Below are positions 30,721 through 43,917 of a DNA stretch of 64,000 nt, one piece after another (position 1 is the first letter of the stretch; each line of letters opens with the position of its first letter). Below the pieces are notes generated by a model. The model made no database searches. It was given only the letters and a program-made list of their open reading frames with translations, and was not told the DNA's origin. Source of the DNA: Nemertoderma westbladi (Eukaryota; Animalia; Xenacoelomorpha); assembly GCA_032718475.1 (NCBI GenBank), contig JAUCBJ010001783.1, positions 5,677-69,676 on the forward strand. The letters are read 5' to 3'. The translations under genes and the position numbers were made by a program.

Positions 30721-33438
30721 TCCATGACTATGGTCCAAAATCGCAAATGTCGCGCTTTATTAAATTGCACTTTTTGACACTTTTAGGAACTGACACTTGA
30801 TCTTACACCATCGTAGATCGGTAGAGGATAAACATGTGTGTTAAATAGGAGCCACCTTTAGGATCCGCTAAAGTGCACTTGTACAATTAAGTGTGCAAAA
30901 GTGCAAATTTTTTGCGAAAATGTCAAATAGTTCAATAAGGTCAAATAGTTCAATACATTGCTTTCTGTGGTTTTTAACTGTATTCTTTAACATCTGTGTA
31001 ACATGATAGATACTCACGAAAAGTTCAACAGACATCAAATATGGCAAAAAAGCAGGTGTGACATTAAATGCACTTTAAACAATAAATAGAGATCAAATAA
31101 CAAATGGACCTCACAATTAAAAACCCGCATAATTTTGAACTTATTATATCGTTTCAAATTAATTCAAAAGTGGATGTTTGGTTTAAGTGGGAAGTTAGAT
31201 AAACTGCATTTATGTGACAGTGTGCATTCGGGGGAAGTTTGGTGAACTGCATTTATGCAGTGAATCCAAACTTCCCCTTTGAGATATCATATACTTAAGA
31301 CACGCTAGGGTGTCGGGGAAATATTTGTTACTGTCACACTTTGCTTCCATTTATCCTATCCTGTATTATTACTCTATTCAGATAGAGATAATAATCAGTA
31401 ATTTAGAACACTAAACTGTCTTTCATGCGAACAAAATTCTAACTAAAGACGGGTGAATCACCATGCTGCCATGACCATGGAAATAACTTTAAATATAAAT
31501 CAAATATTTGGGGAGGCTTCCAAGTTAAACCCCAAAACAATTATTTCGTTACATATACAGTAAATAACGTTCAATGTTCTTCTTCCTCTCATAATAAAAT
31601 ATAAATTAAATATCTCTGATCGCTGTAAGAATTTCACAACCAAAATGTTTCAGTGTGATAAGTGTACCACAAGCCCGCGTAAACAGCTGCAAACGCATAG
31701 ACAACAAATTTAACAAAAGGCTACATGCATACATACAGGTTGGGTTCATGACGAGTGAAAATTGATCGCGTGTAATATAAACTAAATTGCAAGTCCGGCT
31801 ATCCTCCACTTCCTTACCCAATGGAAATGTTGTTATAATCTAATATTGGGGCGGCTTTCTCTCGTTTTTTTCTACCTTTTTATAAATGTTATAGAAAAAG
31901 GGTTGGTTATCAATTTTTATAAATATTTCTGTTCTAGAACACATTTTACTAGAACATTTTTTGGAAAAAATACCATACTACTAGTCAGGTCAAATATTTG
32001 TTTTAGAAAAAAAAACTTAATGATAAAAGCCTTTTTATATGAAAAAAAATTGATCAAACAATGGGTACCCACCCAAGGTATAGTAATGCCCGTATTTCAC
32101 TATGGAAGAAGTTTCGATGGACGATATTTATGCTGAACTAGGCCCAGATAAAAGTGAGAGAAGACTTACAACAAACAAAACGACGTAAGTGATGGCAAAT
32201 AACGCTCGACAAAAAAAGCCAACTTTTTTTGCCACCACTTAAATAGTTTATTTAAGTGGGTTAAATAAAAAGAAATAAAAAGTAAAATATTTATTTATTT
32301 TTCTGGAATTAATTTCGCACTACCAAATCGCCAGGGCGACATATTTTCGTTCCGTAACGCTATTAAGTGCTATTTTATGAACAATGACGTATATAGAGTT
32401 GTTATTATTATCCGAATTTTGGGAAGATTGATTGGACATTAAAGGGGTTATTTTAAATAGTTATTATAAAAAGATTAAAATAAATCGAAATCTTGGCATA
32501 TATAACTTAGTTATCTCAACGTATCGTGAAACTCGTAGATTCCAGAACCGGCCTTGCATTATAATTGCACTTGTTGATATGTGCTGGATAGTAGGATGCA
32601 ACTAACTCCTAACAACTAGCATGGCTTTCTAACTGATAAGTCCTGCTTTTCATTACAAACAAGTTTGTTTTAAACATATTGTTTTAAATAAATTGTACAT
32701 TGAAAAGGTGTAAGCTGTTATTGAATGAAAAATAAACAAATCCAATATACTTCTTAAGATATTTTTTATTTATATTAGAAATAGGTATACTGTATAAATA
32801 ATTGTTGAGGATTTTTACTTTGGACAAAAAAACGATCTGAAATTATTTGGATATTATGATTAATTTGGTTGGACCTAAACCGCTAAACCAAACCCCAATT
32901 ACAAATATACTACAAAAAATCTAACGCAGAAATAAAGTCTTACAAGACTGAATGACCTAACGAGCCAAGCGAGTGAATAATTGAAAAACATGGGCCCGGA
33001 AACTAAGGTAACTTACAGAATCGCCATTGGTAAGTTGAGCTCTGAGAACTAACTCTCTAGTAGAGTTATCTACTAGTAACAATATACTGATACTTAATAT
33101 ATATCGTTATAGGAGTTGGCGAAAGTGCCAGTTATAAGGGACTGGTGGCGACGGACTGAGGCATTAGAGGAGCCAATGGAAGGTACCACTGCGGGCCTGA
33201 AACCATCAGACGGGGGCCGGGCCGCCAACTGGTGGGTCAAACTGGAAGAGGTTTACCACGACCAGGCAACTACACCAAGCAACTACACGGAGGTCGAAAG
33301 CAAATCAGATGAATAAGTAATACTATAAATTACCTTCAAAATTATTTATTAAACTCTAACCGACTATTATATTAGGTCCTATATATGCCTGTGTTCTATA
33401 ACTAATTAAATTCAAATATTTCAAGTTTTATTTATTAT

Positions 33439-34791
33439 TTATATATAATCTGAAGTTTCGACTTTCGACTTCTTTTTGTTCTCTACTTTTGTTAGTAATG
33501 GAATGTCATGTTGATAATGACATTGACGATTTATTATTCTCTCAAACAAACCCGATATAACTTGATCTCGAGTGAGTCCGTTCAAGAGCGATCTAACCTC
33601 ATCGTATTGCGGATTGCCTTCCATATTAGCTTCTATAGCTGCTCTGATATCCCGGAAGATGTACCTCTGGAATTCCTCTCCCGATTGCGGCTCATGGTGT
33701 TGGGGTTGTGCGGGAGATTGATGCAGTCTTTGTAACAGTTTCTGTGAATCAGTTCCAGAGAGAAGCAATATCTCGTAGTTATTAATCACAACGGTGAATA
33801 AAGAAGGGTTTATTTGCCTGAAATTATTCAGTAGTTTCGCGGCAACGTCAAACTCCTTGTGTTTCAACGTAGCGCCCGTTAGCATAAGCTGAATAATTCC
33901 TATTCGCAGTCTGCGAGTTGCGGAAGAGCGTTCCACAAAGTCTTGGTTTATGTTTAGCACAGACGCCGTGTCTTTAGTAAGCTCTTCGTAAATTCTATTG
34001 TCTGTGTCGTTAGTTCGAGAAATATAAGCAAAAATGCTAACAGCATCGAACCAGAAGTTTGGTGGGAAAGTGGAATTATCCGACGTGTTTCTAATTGCTG
34101 AACGAAAATAACTGCCAATTTCGTTGGCTCGTTTAAACTCATTACTTTCGCAGAAACCGCACATTAGTGAAACTATTTCGAGGTATAATTTGGATCGTTC
34201 GTCTAACCTATCGAAAGTAAAGAACTTGGGGCATTTATCGAGAACATACTTACACACCTCCCATCCCGTCTCCAAGTCGTCGTATAAGTAGGAAGTAGCG
34301 ATGAGTCCGTGGAGAATTCGACGTGCTCTCTGCATTCGGAGCGGGTCGATTTTCATCGTTTTCACTACCGGCGGATCCGCCAGTTTAATCGATTCAATAA
34401 AATATTGGAATATAGTCTGCGTAGTCTTGAAGTGCTCCCGGGTTTTAATGCACATGGTCGCGGCTTCTAAGATGTTCATATTGTACGCCGAGTACGCTAC
34501 ATGATCGGGTACCGATCGTACATTATTGTAGTGAGATTCCGCCAAAACATAGATATCGTTCACACTATCTCTCTTATTCAACTCCCTCCGAAAGTTACTG
34601 CTATTTTCGATGAATTCTTGGATCTTAAGATATTCTAACGGCAAGAGAACCCGTCTATTATTACGATTCCTGCCAGCTTGCGAAGGTTTACCGCTATGTT
34701 TAGCGCTAGTAGCCGTACCTCTATCGGTACTGAATCGTTTCGTGGTCGTCGCAGCCGTCAATCGTTGATAAATAGTCCTGATCTTGAACAT
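33439..34791 (-). CDS. PTCD2: PTCD2-like mitochondrial pentatricopeptide-repeat protein, single exon, 450 aa
   Basis: Arg/Thr-rich presequence-like N-terminus. Segments RRVLLPLEYLKIQEF, MCIKTREHFKTTQTIFQY, SYLYDDLETGWE, RQINPSL...INN and RYIFRD are colinear with PTCD2 as recalled (KRYLL..VVKLKEF, LCESRDHVE, CYELDLEESAVE, QIMNPE, RHVFSE). Divergent. Confidence 0.62.
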   Translation of the reverse strand: MFKIRTIYQRLTAATTTKRFSTDRGTATSAKHSGKPSQAGRNRNNRRVLLPLEYLKIQEFIENSSNFRRELNKRDSVNDIYVLAESHYNNVRSVPDHVAYSAYNMNILEAATMCIKTREHFKTTQTIFQYFIESIKLADPPVVKTMKIDPLRMQRARRILHGLIATSYLYDDLETGWEVCKYVLDKCPKFFTFDRLDERSKLYLEIVSLMCGFCESNEFKRANEIGSYFRSAIRNTSDNSTFPPNFWFDAVSIFAYISRTNDTDNRIYEELTKDTASVLNINQDFVERSSATRRLRIGIIQLMLTGATLKHKEFDVAAKLLNNFRQINPSLFTVVINNYEILLLSGTDSQKLLQRLHQSPAQPQHHEPQSGEEFQRYIFRDIRAAIEANMEGNPQYDEVRSLLNGLTRDQVISGLFERIINRQCHYQHDIPLLTKVENKKKSKVETSDYI

Positions 34792-34977
34792 GATTGTCAG
34801 ACAGTCAGATAAAAATCGATACTTTTGTCATTTTGTGTGTCAAATTCTGAAATTCTTATTGCAGTAGTGGGGGGTGTAGTCGTAGTGTAACTGAAGAGAC
34901 AGTAGTAGGTACAGAGGTATGCCAGCTTTCTCAGGTGATTGACGTACACCGGTACACCCCTGCTATTCAATTCACTA

Positions 34978-35879
34978 CCGGTGTAACAGCGGATTCTGTC
35001 CCCCCGCGGATATGGTCCGGGGGGACCGAATCCGCTAGCGGATTGAGTCCGGGGGGACCGAATCCGCTAGCGGATTCTGTCCCCCCTCCGCAGATTGAGT
35101 CCCCCCCTTAAATTATAATTTTACAGTACAGTCAGACAGTGCTGAGTGCAGCAGTACTGGTACGGACATAGCAACGTAGGCGTAGCTTATGCATTAAATT
35201 ATCGGTCAGACCTGCAGACTGATTAAAATTCAACATTATAGATTCATTATGGATGAGGGATGATTACATGATGAGGAGGAAGATACTGTACTGTCCCTAT
35301 TACAGTAATAAACATACTGTAGTTCGAGTTGTCAGGCCTCATTACCTAGGCCTAATATATGTACTGATAGTATTTTCGGGGTGGGGGGGGGGGGGGGGGG
35401 GGGGGGGGTGGTATATTCAGTTCAACTGTTACACCTAAACCCAACTGAGTAACAGTTATTCATATTCATTCATATTATTAGTTTGCAGGTGGGGAGGATA
35501 TATTTTCTAATAATAAAAAGGCTAAAACAATATAACCTCATTACAATAAATTTATCGTACTACGAAATTGGGGAGGAGCAGGTTACACAGACAAGGTTTT
35601 CAAACCAGAACAATAAACGATACATACTGAATAACCGGTCTGCCAGTACTGTAACCATTGACAATAAGGAAGGGAACGGAGCAGTCTGGCAGTGTATTTT
35701 GAATTTATTGCAATAACATTGGGGGGACCAAATCCGCGAACGAGGACCCAATCCGCTAGCAGATTTGGTCCTAGGGAGACCAAATCTGCTAGCGGATTGG
35801 GTCCGGGGGACTAAATCCGCTAGCAGATCCGGTCCGGGGGGACCGATTCTTCGGGGGACTGAATCCGCTGTTACACCGG
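34978..35879. mobile_element. MITE with TA target duplication
   Basis: TIRs ccggtgtaacagcggattc / gaatccgctgttacaccgg flanked by TA on both sides. Subterminal palindromic aatccgctagcggatt repeats occur at both ends. No ORF. Confidence 0.88.
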
Positions 35880-35893
35880 TATTAAGGTAATTT

Positions 35894-37001
35894 GGGTAAA
35901 TCTTTTCGACCTACGCGTAGGCCTACGCGTAGCTACGCGTAGCTACGCGTAGCTACGCGTAGTTCGCAACATTGGGTCATATATCACCAGTTTCAGAGTT
36001 TTAACAATAACTACGCGTAGGTCCTACGCGACCTACGCATAGGTGCTACCCATAACTATGCCTATACGTCGTTTATCATGAGTAGGCTTACGTATTACAA
36101 GCCGTTCAGTACTAAAATAAGACACAATTCGGTATGTTCAATAAACAACCCACAACCATCAAATGCTTTCAACAGTAATGCATCCTATACCTGTATACTC
36201 TATATAGAGGAATACGCGAAGACTACATATTCTTCACTTCATGCGTTGCGGGCGGTAAAATGTGTTAATAATTAATGTTTAGAGTTCAAAAATAGTTTAC
36301 AAAGGAAATAGGCCGATGGTTCTTATCGATTCTCTATGGTTTTTATTGCCTTTGTTCACGATAGGGCAAGGATATACTGTATTTAATATGTTAACCCCTT
36401 GACAAGGGAAGGGGGAGACTAAATTGTCTACCATGATTGGTTGCACTTGTTATTTGATCAAACAATTTGATTATATGCAGTATTTATCAGCTTTCGCTTA
36501 ACCTCTTCACCGGTAGACTGGTCGCTTTATTTACTACTGTTCAATATTTAAATAATCCAATGGAAACAAAGATACTTGAATCATGAGACGTGAATTTTAA
36601 GTTTACTTTTTATTCATCCTGTGTTTGTTTGTGAAAGAGCCGAATATTATTTATTACCAGTGCTGTATGTCGAGATATGAGTTTCCGATTCTGTTATTAC
36701 ATTTGTCTGATAATCAGATACCTGAAATATACCGATACTTGCTTAACAACTCAACCCTACCGGACCTGAAATGAAAAATCATTGTTATCAGGACTGCTAC
36801 GCGTAGCACCTACGCGTAGCTACGCGTAGCACCTACGCGTAGTTTCAAAATACCTACGCGTAGTTCCAAAATAACTACGCGTAGTTTTAAAACACCTACG
36901 CGTAGTTGTTAAATAGGCAGTAAGTCTGGCCCTACCGGTAAATGACAGGAATGGAAGTTACAAACTACGCGTAGATACGCGTAGATCGAAAAGATTTACC
37001 C
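35894..37001. mobile_element. MITE with CTACGCGTAG subterminal repeats
   Basis: TIRs gggtaaatcttttcga / tcgaaaagatttaccc. Direct repeat gtaattt flanks both ends (exact TSD length is ambiguous because ggg follows both copies). Many palindromic ctacgcgtag units lie near each end. Confidence 0.85.
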
Positions 37002-37131
37002 GTAATTTGGGCAACAAAGCGACTGGCGAAGTCCATAGTGCAGTTGTAGTGCTGTAGTGTATCAGAAGATTACTCATTTATGTAAAGGTCACTAAGTCTA
37101 GAGTCTGGCAGTCTGAGTTATCCACACAGAC

Positions 37132-37361
37132 GGGTGAGTACAATACAAAGACCTCAACCAAGCTTCAGACCTGTACAAAACACATGTGTTAACTTTCGTT
37201 TATTGCTTTGGTTCCCCCAACAGGACTCTGTAACCTGCTCCTTTACTAACCTGATCCTTTAAATGGCAATGGGACCTAATGCTCTTTGGGACCTAACGCG
37301 ACTTTACCTCTTGGTTTTGTACAGAGGGTCTTGAGGTCTTTACTTTGTTTTGTACTCACCC
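37132..37361. mobile_element. Small MITE-like inverted repeat (~230 bp)
   Basis: gggtgagtacaa / ttgtactcaccc, aaagacctcaa / ttgaggtcttt and ctgtacaaaac / gttttgtacag form nested inverted pairs. Confidence 0.7.
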
Positions 37362-38699
37362 CAGAATTAACCGCTTCTATTGCTCATGGCTCTTCCAGCT
37401 TAAATACAAGAGTGGAGGCCAAAATACTAATGTAAGCTGGAATTGAACTGTGGTTTGTGCCTAACATAGAGTTCGAGACGGAAGGGAGGGGGGGGGGGGG
37501 GGGGAGGGGGGGCGACTGGAGGCCAATATTTCGAGCCAAGTCGGTAAAAAGAAAAACACGGTTGGGTATATGCTCGGTAAACAGAGTCGGGTTGGGGAAG
37601 TCGGAAAAATTTGGAACAGCGATTCCTAAAATGGCAGGATTACACAATAAACAAAATAATATATACAGTAACCCCTGTTACTACTCGCTTTTAAATGTAT
37701 CTTTTCAATCGTATTGTTAGAATGTTTATAATTTGTATACATTTATCGATGCAAGTGCTAATACAGTATATGCCCACTGTTGGATATCATATTAACAAAA
37801 ATTCCTAACAAAAACATAAACCTTTGCCACTGACTGACCTTTCAACCTCAATGCTCAATCACAATTACCAAACGATGTGCTCTCTAATTTTATTGTTGTA
37901 AATACCATTGTGTAAAGTAATTATTGGAACATTTCCATTGCTCGCTGCGCTGTGCGCTCGCATTATTCTATTTGAAATTAGTCTGTAAATGTTAATAACA
38001 AAATCCCCTTTCCTCACTGCACAATTATGGCAATTTTATTTTCAAACGAAAAATGTTAGGTTGCTCGCTCCATTCGCATATTGTAGAATTGTTGATTGTA
38101 GAATACAATAAACTTTAATTAAATCTTTAAGCTTTTAATTAAATTAAGCGTTAATTCAATTCATAAAGATTTCGTTGCAAAAATTATTGATAATAAATGG
38201 CAAGATATTCACTAAACATAAACCATAAATGGTTATATTATCACATCGACATATAGTTTTCTTCACATGTGATAAAATTTGTAAGAGAGTTGTTCCTATT
38301 AATTTGTAATATCAATCAATCAAATCTGACCTAAATGGATAGGTAAAATTCAATATTCTAGAGGCCTACTCGGTAAAATTTCCATGACTGGAGGCACATC
38401 TCATTTCAGTCAATTAATATCTTGCCTCAAGGGAAAGGAAGTCTCTCAAGGAAAGGAAAATTTCTCTAGGAAATCAGATATAAACACCAGGTGCTTTTTA
38501 TGCAGGAATGTTTCATAGAGGGTTTGTAAATATATGATATGAAAAATAATGTCCTCTATAATATCCTTCGTAATAATTATTAAATAAATACTCGCTGTAA
38601 TTACGGTAATTACAACTTATATAAACTTTTAATCACAAATTACTAAAAAATGCTAATAAATAATAATATAAATGTAGACTGCCAACGAGCCAATTACAT

Positions 38700-40358
38700 T
38701 TAACCTAAATTAACAGATTGGGAAATGCAATAAAATCCATTATGAATTTCTGAATATTTACAAGAACACAACAAAATATCTTTAATAGGTTGTGTCCCAA
38801 AGGTAAGCGAATCCAATTCCTCATAATTATTGTGATTAACAACAGCTGAGAGTCTGGATTTAGCTTTGGAGAGCTTAGCAATGGTGATGTGAGGAACATA
38901 CACACCTTCCTTTAAGACGGTCAGGCCAGACAATTCCAAGCTCGTTGTTAAAAATTCCACCAAGTCCGTAAGGAAATAATTCGTTTTGCATTTAATATAA
39001 AGAACTCTATGATGATGGAAACTACCGACACCCTTAAATACAAGATCAGTATCCGAGACCCAACCAGACATGTACTCCTCCATCCAATCTCCGATAGAAT
39101 TGAGTATATCCTTAGCAATATCAATATCTTTATCACCAGCAAGTACCAATGGACACAACGTTAAATGTAGCATATCTGTAGGCACCATAGATGAGCTAAG
39201 AGTGGCGTGTTTACTGACAATATCTCCCTGGAATGCTTTAATACTATCAACTAATTCAATATCAGTTAATCTCAACCCAATAAAGTAATTGGGTTTGATC
39301 CGAATGGCTTTATCTGATTCTAAATTACTGGATTCCAGTTGATCAGTTTGGGAACATTCCATATTTCTGGTGTTTGAGATTGTAGGACCATCGGCCGGTG
39401 TTATAAGAAAGTCAACCACTTGGTCGCATTCCTTGCTAATCTCAGCATTGCTAACTGTATCATTTACTACCAGGATATTCTCATCTACGGAGTTGCCCTT
39501 AATGTCCTTTTCGATAAGATCAAAGACACTACCTGAGTCTCCCGTAGAATTAAAAATAATATCGTATCGTTGCTTTTTATCCCATACCAAGATTCCCTTG
39601 TACTTAAAGTATTGTATTCTATGCTGAGGTACACTCATCTCATTGTCCACTATATCAACCCCATCCCGTCCCCAATTAAAGAAACTGAAGGGTTCTTCCA
39701 GAACTCCGTCGAAACGGTCGAGGTAGCCAACTACGAACCCAGAATCCGGTAGGCGATCGTCCCAAATTATTCGATGAATTACCTCTAAAGCGGTCTTCAT
39801 CCGTCTCTTCTTTGAGGAGTTCGGTAACCTTTCCTCTTTACTTGTTTTGTATTTAACCGATTGAAAGTCGGGCGAGGAATCTTTCTCCACACAAACACTA
39901 AATTCCGAGGATAGATCATTGATTGGTGCCCTTGTGGACTTCCGGAAAACGGAACCTTCAGACAAAAGTTCCCCGAGCGGTGCGGATGAGTGAACCCGCG
40001 TGCATTTACTGCCGTACCAACACGCACCACGTCTGTAGAAAGCGCACACCTGGTTTCGATCAACCTCGCTCTCGGGCTCACCTGGGATCCGATTAAACAC
40101 CTCGGTTACTAAATCGATCAGGAACGGTTGGTCAAGCTCGTACTTGTCGGAAATTCCCTTCAATAGATCCTCCGCTGTCTCTGGGAACACCTTCAGTGTC
40201 GGCCGCACTCCGGGGTAGCTATCAGTTGAAACGGAAAAACTGACCCTGCAAGAACATTTCGATGCTCGAATAATTATAGTTTCTCGATTATTCGAATAAG
40301 AAATACGCAATTCATCTTCCGTAAACATTGACTCTAAGAGTTGTATTTCCTCATCCAT
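38700..40358 (-). CDS. LENG9: LENG9-like protein: RWD, CCCH zinc finger, MJ1316/DUF504 and AKAP7-type 2H phosphoesterase; single exon, 552 aa
   Basis: EEIQLLESMF...SYPGVRP (RWD); CAFYRRGACWYGSKCTRVH (CCCH); MKTALEVIHRIIWD...VGYLDRFDG...PQHRIQYFKY...VWDK (MJ1316); PNYFIG, LHLTL and PHITI (two HxT motifs). Confidence 0.85.
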   Translation of the reverse strand: MDEEIQLLESMFTEDELRISYSNNRETIIIRASKCSCRVSFSVSTDSYPGVRPTLKVFPETAEDLLKGISDKYELDQPFLIDLVTEVFNRIPGEPESEVDRNQVCAFYRRGACWYGSKCTRVHSSAPLGELLSEGSVFRKSTRAPINDLSSEFSVCVEKDSSPDFQSVKYKTSKEERLPNSSKKRRMKTALEVIHRIIWDDRLPDSGFVVGYLDRFDGVLEEPFSFFNWGRDGVDIVDNEMSVPQHRIQYFKYKGILVWDKKQRYDIIFNSTGDSGSVFDLIEKDIKGNSVDENILVVNDTVSNAEISKECDQVVDFLITPADGPTISNTRNMECSQTDQLESSNLESDKAIRIKPNYFIGLRLTDIELVDSIKAFQGDIVSKHATLSSSMVPTDMLHLTLCPLVLAGDKDIDIAKDILNSIGDWMEEYMSGWVSDTDLVFKGVGSFHHHRVLYIKCKTNYFLTDLVEFLTTSLELSGLTVLKEGVYVPHITIAKLSKAKSRLSAVVNHNNYEELDSLTFGTQPIKDILLCSCKYSEIHNGFYCISQSVNLG

Positions 40359-40771
40359 TTTTCGGAATGTTTCCTACTGTCCGGAATATAACAACACACG
40401 AAACAAGAATTATGTCGGGCAAGTTAATGCAGTAAGTAAAACTATAAACAATTTTAATCAATTTATAATGGATAGCCCTAATAAATATAAAGCAATCCAG
40501 GTTGATTGAATTCATCATATAAAATAGCACACCTTTTACATCATATTGTGCAATACTGGAAAAGGGGAAGTGGACATTGAGATAGGCTAACTGAAGGATA
40601 CCACTATTGGTTAAAATGATCAAATGACGTCATATTTATTGATAATAATTAATCTGGGTAACAGTGTTTCTCAATATTGTGCATTCTAGGTAGGCCTACA
40701 CGTTGTAGGCCTACCAACCATACCGGTAGGCCTACATAAATTCAAGGGTTGCTTTAAACAAGTTACATTGA

Positions 40772-43680
40772 GTGATGAGGCGGGCCTTACGTGTAAGAAA
40801 CCATGCCGGTGGAACAGGCATTATCTTACGAGGTACCTATAAAATTGAACAACTTAATGGTGGAGAGAAACGTTCATTCGAATACTCAGTTTGGCAACTT
40901 CAACAATCACAAATTCACATCTTGTTAATAATCATCTATCGCCCCCCTTACAGCACAAACCACCCGACTACTTGTTCTATGTTCTTTGAGGATTTTCCAT
41001 TGTTTATCGAATGCTACATAGCTCGACAAGAGCGTCTATTGATCCTAGGTGACTTCAACATTCATGTGAACAATCAAACGGATACAAATTCCCTTAAGTT
41101 CATTGACCTTATAGAGTGTATGGGATTAGAACAGCATGTTCATTGGCCAACCCACGAGTCAGGTAACACATTGGATCTCATTCTCACACGGAACTGCCAC
41201 GAGTTAAACATCACGGTTGACGAACCCTCCTACTTTATATCCGACCATGCAGTTGTTAGTTGCTGTATTGATATCCCAAAACCATCTGCAAACTTAACCA
41301 ATGTTCAATATCGAAATATCGGAAAAATTAACTTGAACAATTTCAAACACGATATAACAACATCGGTACTATGTCAGCCTAGTTTCGACGATCTATCAAT
41401 TGTAAATAAATCCGAACTTTATAATTTTACAATTTCGAAACTGATTGATAAACACGCCCCTTTAAAATCGAAAGCAACTAGACTACGAGATGGGAACAAG
41501 TGGTTCAGCCATGAGGCGCGCCGCCTAAAACAACAGCGTCGTAAAGCAGAAAAAAGGTGGTGTAAAACTGGTAAAATAGAAGATAAAGTTAAGTTTAAAG
41601 AAATTCGAAACATATACGCAAAAAAACTAACAACTGATCGCCAGGAATACTATCGTGGATTAATCGGCGCATGCTCAGGTGACCAAAAGAAGCTATTTAA
41701 TGTAATAAAATCATTATCTAAGCAAAATCAAGTGATTAAATACCCACAACATAATAATGCTCTAGAACTTGCCAACAATTTCGCAGATTACTTCGCTTCC
41801 AAGATTAAACTCATACGTGCTGAACTGGATAACGCAGCAGCTGCAAATGACGACGGAGACGTCATTGGAAACGACCATGTAGTAATACCAGATGACATGT
41901 CAGCATCCTTATGTAATTTTAACACTCTGTCTGCAGAAGAAGTTACGAAACTGGTCAATACTGCACCGAATAAACAATGTCCACAGGATCCCCTACCGAC
42001 GCAGTTACTGAAGTCTTGTCTACCGGCTCTCATTCGGCCTATTACTACCATGGTCAATCAATCACTGGAGACTGGAGTGGTCCCGCCACTGTGGAAAATT
42101 GGGACAATTGCACCAATACCGAAAAAACCTTCCTCAGATCGGTCAACAAATGCAATTAAAACTGTTAAAAACATGAACTTTCGCCCAGCTAGTGGCATAG
42201 CTTTTATCTCAAAGATAACTGAGAGGGCAGTAATAGCTCAAGTTCAGCCACACATTGACACCTATTACCAATTGCCAATATTTCAATCGGCGTATAGGAA
42301 ACATCATAGTACCGAAACGGCCCTCATCAAAGTCCAATCCGATATTCTCCGAAACATGGATAACAAACAAATTACTTTACTTGTGTTACTTGACCTCAGC
42401 GCCGCTTTCGATACTGTAGATCACACTCGACTGATGAACGTCCTTCGAAATCGCCTTCATATCTGCGGCACCTGTCTCAAATGGTTCCGGTCCTTCCTAT
42501 CTGGCCGAGTCCAACGAGTAGCCACGTTAGGGGCCACATCCGACGATCAGCTACTGGAATATGGTTTCCCTCAAGGATCATGCTTATCATGCACACTTTT
42601 CCCCAACTACAGTGCTGGCCTCTTGGAGGTAATACAGCGCCATTTACCATTGGCTGGCCACGGTTTTGCTGATGACCATCAGGTCTACTGCTCCTTCCAA
42701 CCATTAACATCGTCTAACGAAAGAGCAGCCATAGAGTCCATGGAAGCCTGCATCGCGGAGATGCGCAGCTGGTTATTAAAACATCGGCTCAAGCTAAACG
42801 ACGACAAGACTGAATTTATCTTGCTCGGATCGAAATCTCAATTGAGTAAGCTGTCCTCAATCTCAATTCGCGTTGGAAACTTTGATATCGAACCAGTTAA
42901 ATCGGTCAGAAACCTTGGAGCCTGGTTCGACTCCGAGATGAGAATGAATAAATTTATATCTAAAACATGCAGCGCCGCATACTACTACCTGCACAACATT
43001 CGCTCAATTCGGAAATATCTCGACACTAAGGCCGCAGAAACAATTATACATGCTCTCGTGACTAGCCGCATAGACTACTGTAACGCCCTTCTCTATGGAG
43101 TCCCAAGCTACCAATTACAGAAACTCCAACGTGTACAAAACACAGCTGCTAGGTTGCTTACAGGTGTACACAAATACGACCATATATCGCCGACGTTGAA
43201 ATCCCTCCACTGGCTGCCTGTGCGCAAACGTGTAGAATTTAAAATACTGCTGATGACGCACAAGGCCTTGGTCGGCCACGCTCCCAAGTATATAATCGAA
43301 ATGCTCCATAAAGTTAGTCGCGATCGCCTCCAAACTAGAAGTTGTAGCACAGTAAGTCTCGTCGAACCACGGTTCCAGTGCTACACTCTCGGGTGGCGGG
43401 CGTTCGAGGTATGCGCGCCCCGGCTGTGGAACAAACTACCAGCTTCGCTACGTGATATCCAGTCTACGGCATCATTCAAAGGAAAACTAAAGACTCACCT
43501 GTTTACCCACCCACCTATAAAATAGACTCATTTTTAGCCGATCGTTTTTAAAAAACTTTGTTTTTACTTTTCTTAATTATGTACTCCACGCGGTTTTCTT
43601 TTTATTTAAATTGACTAACCTAACTCTGATTAGCGCCATAGAATACTACCGGTAATGTTGGCGCTATACAAATTTACTTA
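40772..43680 (+). mobile_element. L2/CR1-group LINE, 5'-truncated, with uninterrupted EN-RT ORF (40772-43525)
   Basis: IYRPP, LGDFNIH, TLDL and ISDH (APE); QSAYRKHHSTETAL, LLDLSAAFDTVDH, GFPQGS, FADD and SRIDYCNALL (RT, L2-like). The 3' UTR ends in a tagcgcca..tggcgcta stem-loop at ~43631-43666. Confidence 0.92.
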
Positions 43681-43917
43681 GGTTATCAATTAAAGTTACA
43701 CTGCCCATAAAGTTCGGTTAACCCTAGTAGAATTGAAAGAAGGGATAGCCGCTATTCCCTCCTCCCTCTAATTAATAATGTAAGCTACCGGTACTGACCA
43801 GTTAACCACCCTCCCCCCCCCCCCCCCCCCCCGTCTCAGATAGTGATTCCTGTTACCGCCCATTCCTGTTACCCCCCCACCACAGAAAATGATTCATGTT
43901 GTTAGTAACCATTTTAG

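Noticed and set aside
33116-33316. 66-aa GC-richer ORF downstream of the PTCD2-like gene
   Set aside because: Non-ATG start, no recognisable motif, and no splice support that I could establish.
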